Source: Phoronis australis
Taxonomy: Eukaryota > Animalia > Phoronida
Reading direction: 5' to 3'
Assembly: GCA_002633005.1 (NCBI GenBank)
Contig: NMRA01000004.1
Span: 749,846-813,845, forward strand
DNA length: 64,000 nucleotides
This document shows positions 63,243-64,000 of this stretch, in pieces; position 1 is the stretch's first letter, and the number at the start of each line of letters is the position of its first letter. Under the pieces are notes generated by a model, which searched no databases, had not been told where the DNA came from, and saw only the letters and a list, made by a program, of their open reading frames with translations. A program made the translations under genes and the position numbers.

Positions 63243-64000
63243 TCTAGCAGTCGATGAAATTGCCGTGCTAGGCAAATTCAAAATTTCTTTACAAAATTTT
63301 GTGTGGACTATTTCTATATATTCGTAATCACTAAAACCCCAGATCTCACAACCATAATGAAGTATCGGCAATATTTTACAATCGAATAATTTTAAACTAA
63401 CTTTAACAGGGAGTGCATTAAAACCATTGACAATTTTTCTCATTAAATTCACTGCCTTAGTAGCCTGTAATGATAGAGTTTTCTGTGCGCAAGACCACGA
63501 ACCTTTCGTAGTAAACATTAATCCTAGATATGTGTATGCATTTACAATATTAACAGTATTCCCATCATACGTCCATTTTTCATACGATCGTAACATTCCA
63601 CCTTTTCTGAAAACAATTATCTTAGTTTTCGACATGTTAACAATCAATTTCCATTTCTGACTATACTCATATAAAATGTTCAATTTTTTCTGCAGTCCTT
63701 TCACACTATAAGAAAATAAAACCAAATCATCAGCAAACAGCAGATGTAATAATTCAGCTGATCCCATGGAAATTTTTTCACTGCCACCGGATTCTAATTC
63801 TTTTTCGAGATCGTTTATAAATAAAATAAACAAAAACGGTGATAGCTGAGAGCCTTGTTTTAGACCATTATGACAATCAACGAACTCCGTGTAGCTTCCG
63901 TTACTCAGTCTCACGCACGCTTTTACTTCAGCGTACATTGCTTTGATTATCTTACACATCTTACCTTCTATGTGATTGTTCTTTAATTTAAAATACAATG
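63241..64000 (-). mobile_element. RTEX-like non-LTR retrotransposon RT fragment, continuing beyond the window end
   Basis: GLKQGSQLSPFLFILFINDL, LLFADDLVLFS, GLQKKL, WKLIVNMSKTK, YTYLG, PILHYGCEIWG in an open frame; clade is inferred. Confidence 0.88.

Overview
Eukaryotic, intron-rich, AT-rich animal genomic DNA. The repeat types suggest a marine invertebrate, possibly lophotrochozoan (inference). I rebuilt two multi-exon genes by hand on the minus strand using GT-AG boundaries and consistent phases. The first is a complete ERCC6/CSB SNF2-family DNA translocase (20 coding exons, 54160->36301, about 1278 aa, possibly plus a 7-nt upstream coding exon). The second is a secreted-type mosaic immune-like protein: signal peptide, CCP, CCP, CCP, CTLD, CTLD, CCP, CTLD (29838->~7443, about 650-670 aa). 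The rest is dense with transposon relics: a solo LTR with a 5-bp TSD packed with heat-shock elements, a TTAA-flanked piggyBac-like element and a sense-oriented polyadenylated LINE inside ERCC6 introns, hAT and Harbinger derivatives, Helentron/HINE-like satellite-bearing elements, several MITEs, and Hero-, RTEX- and CR1/L2-like RT fragments. Three duplications flanking single N bases look like assembly artefacts. No rRNA, tRNA or CRISPR array was seen. Most short ORFs in the supplied track are spurious. All coordinates were read by eye.
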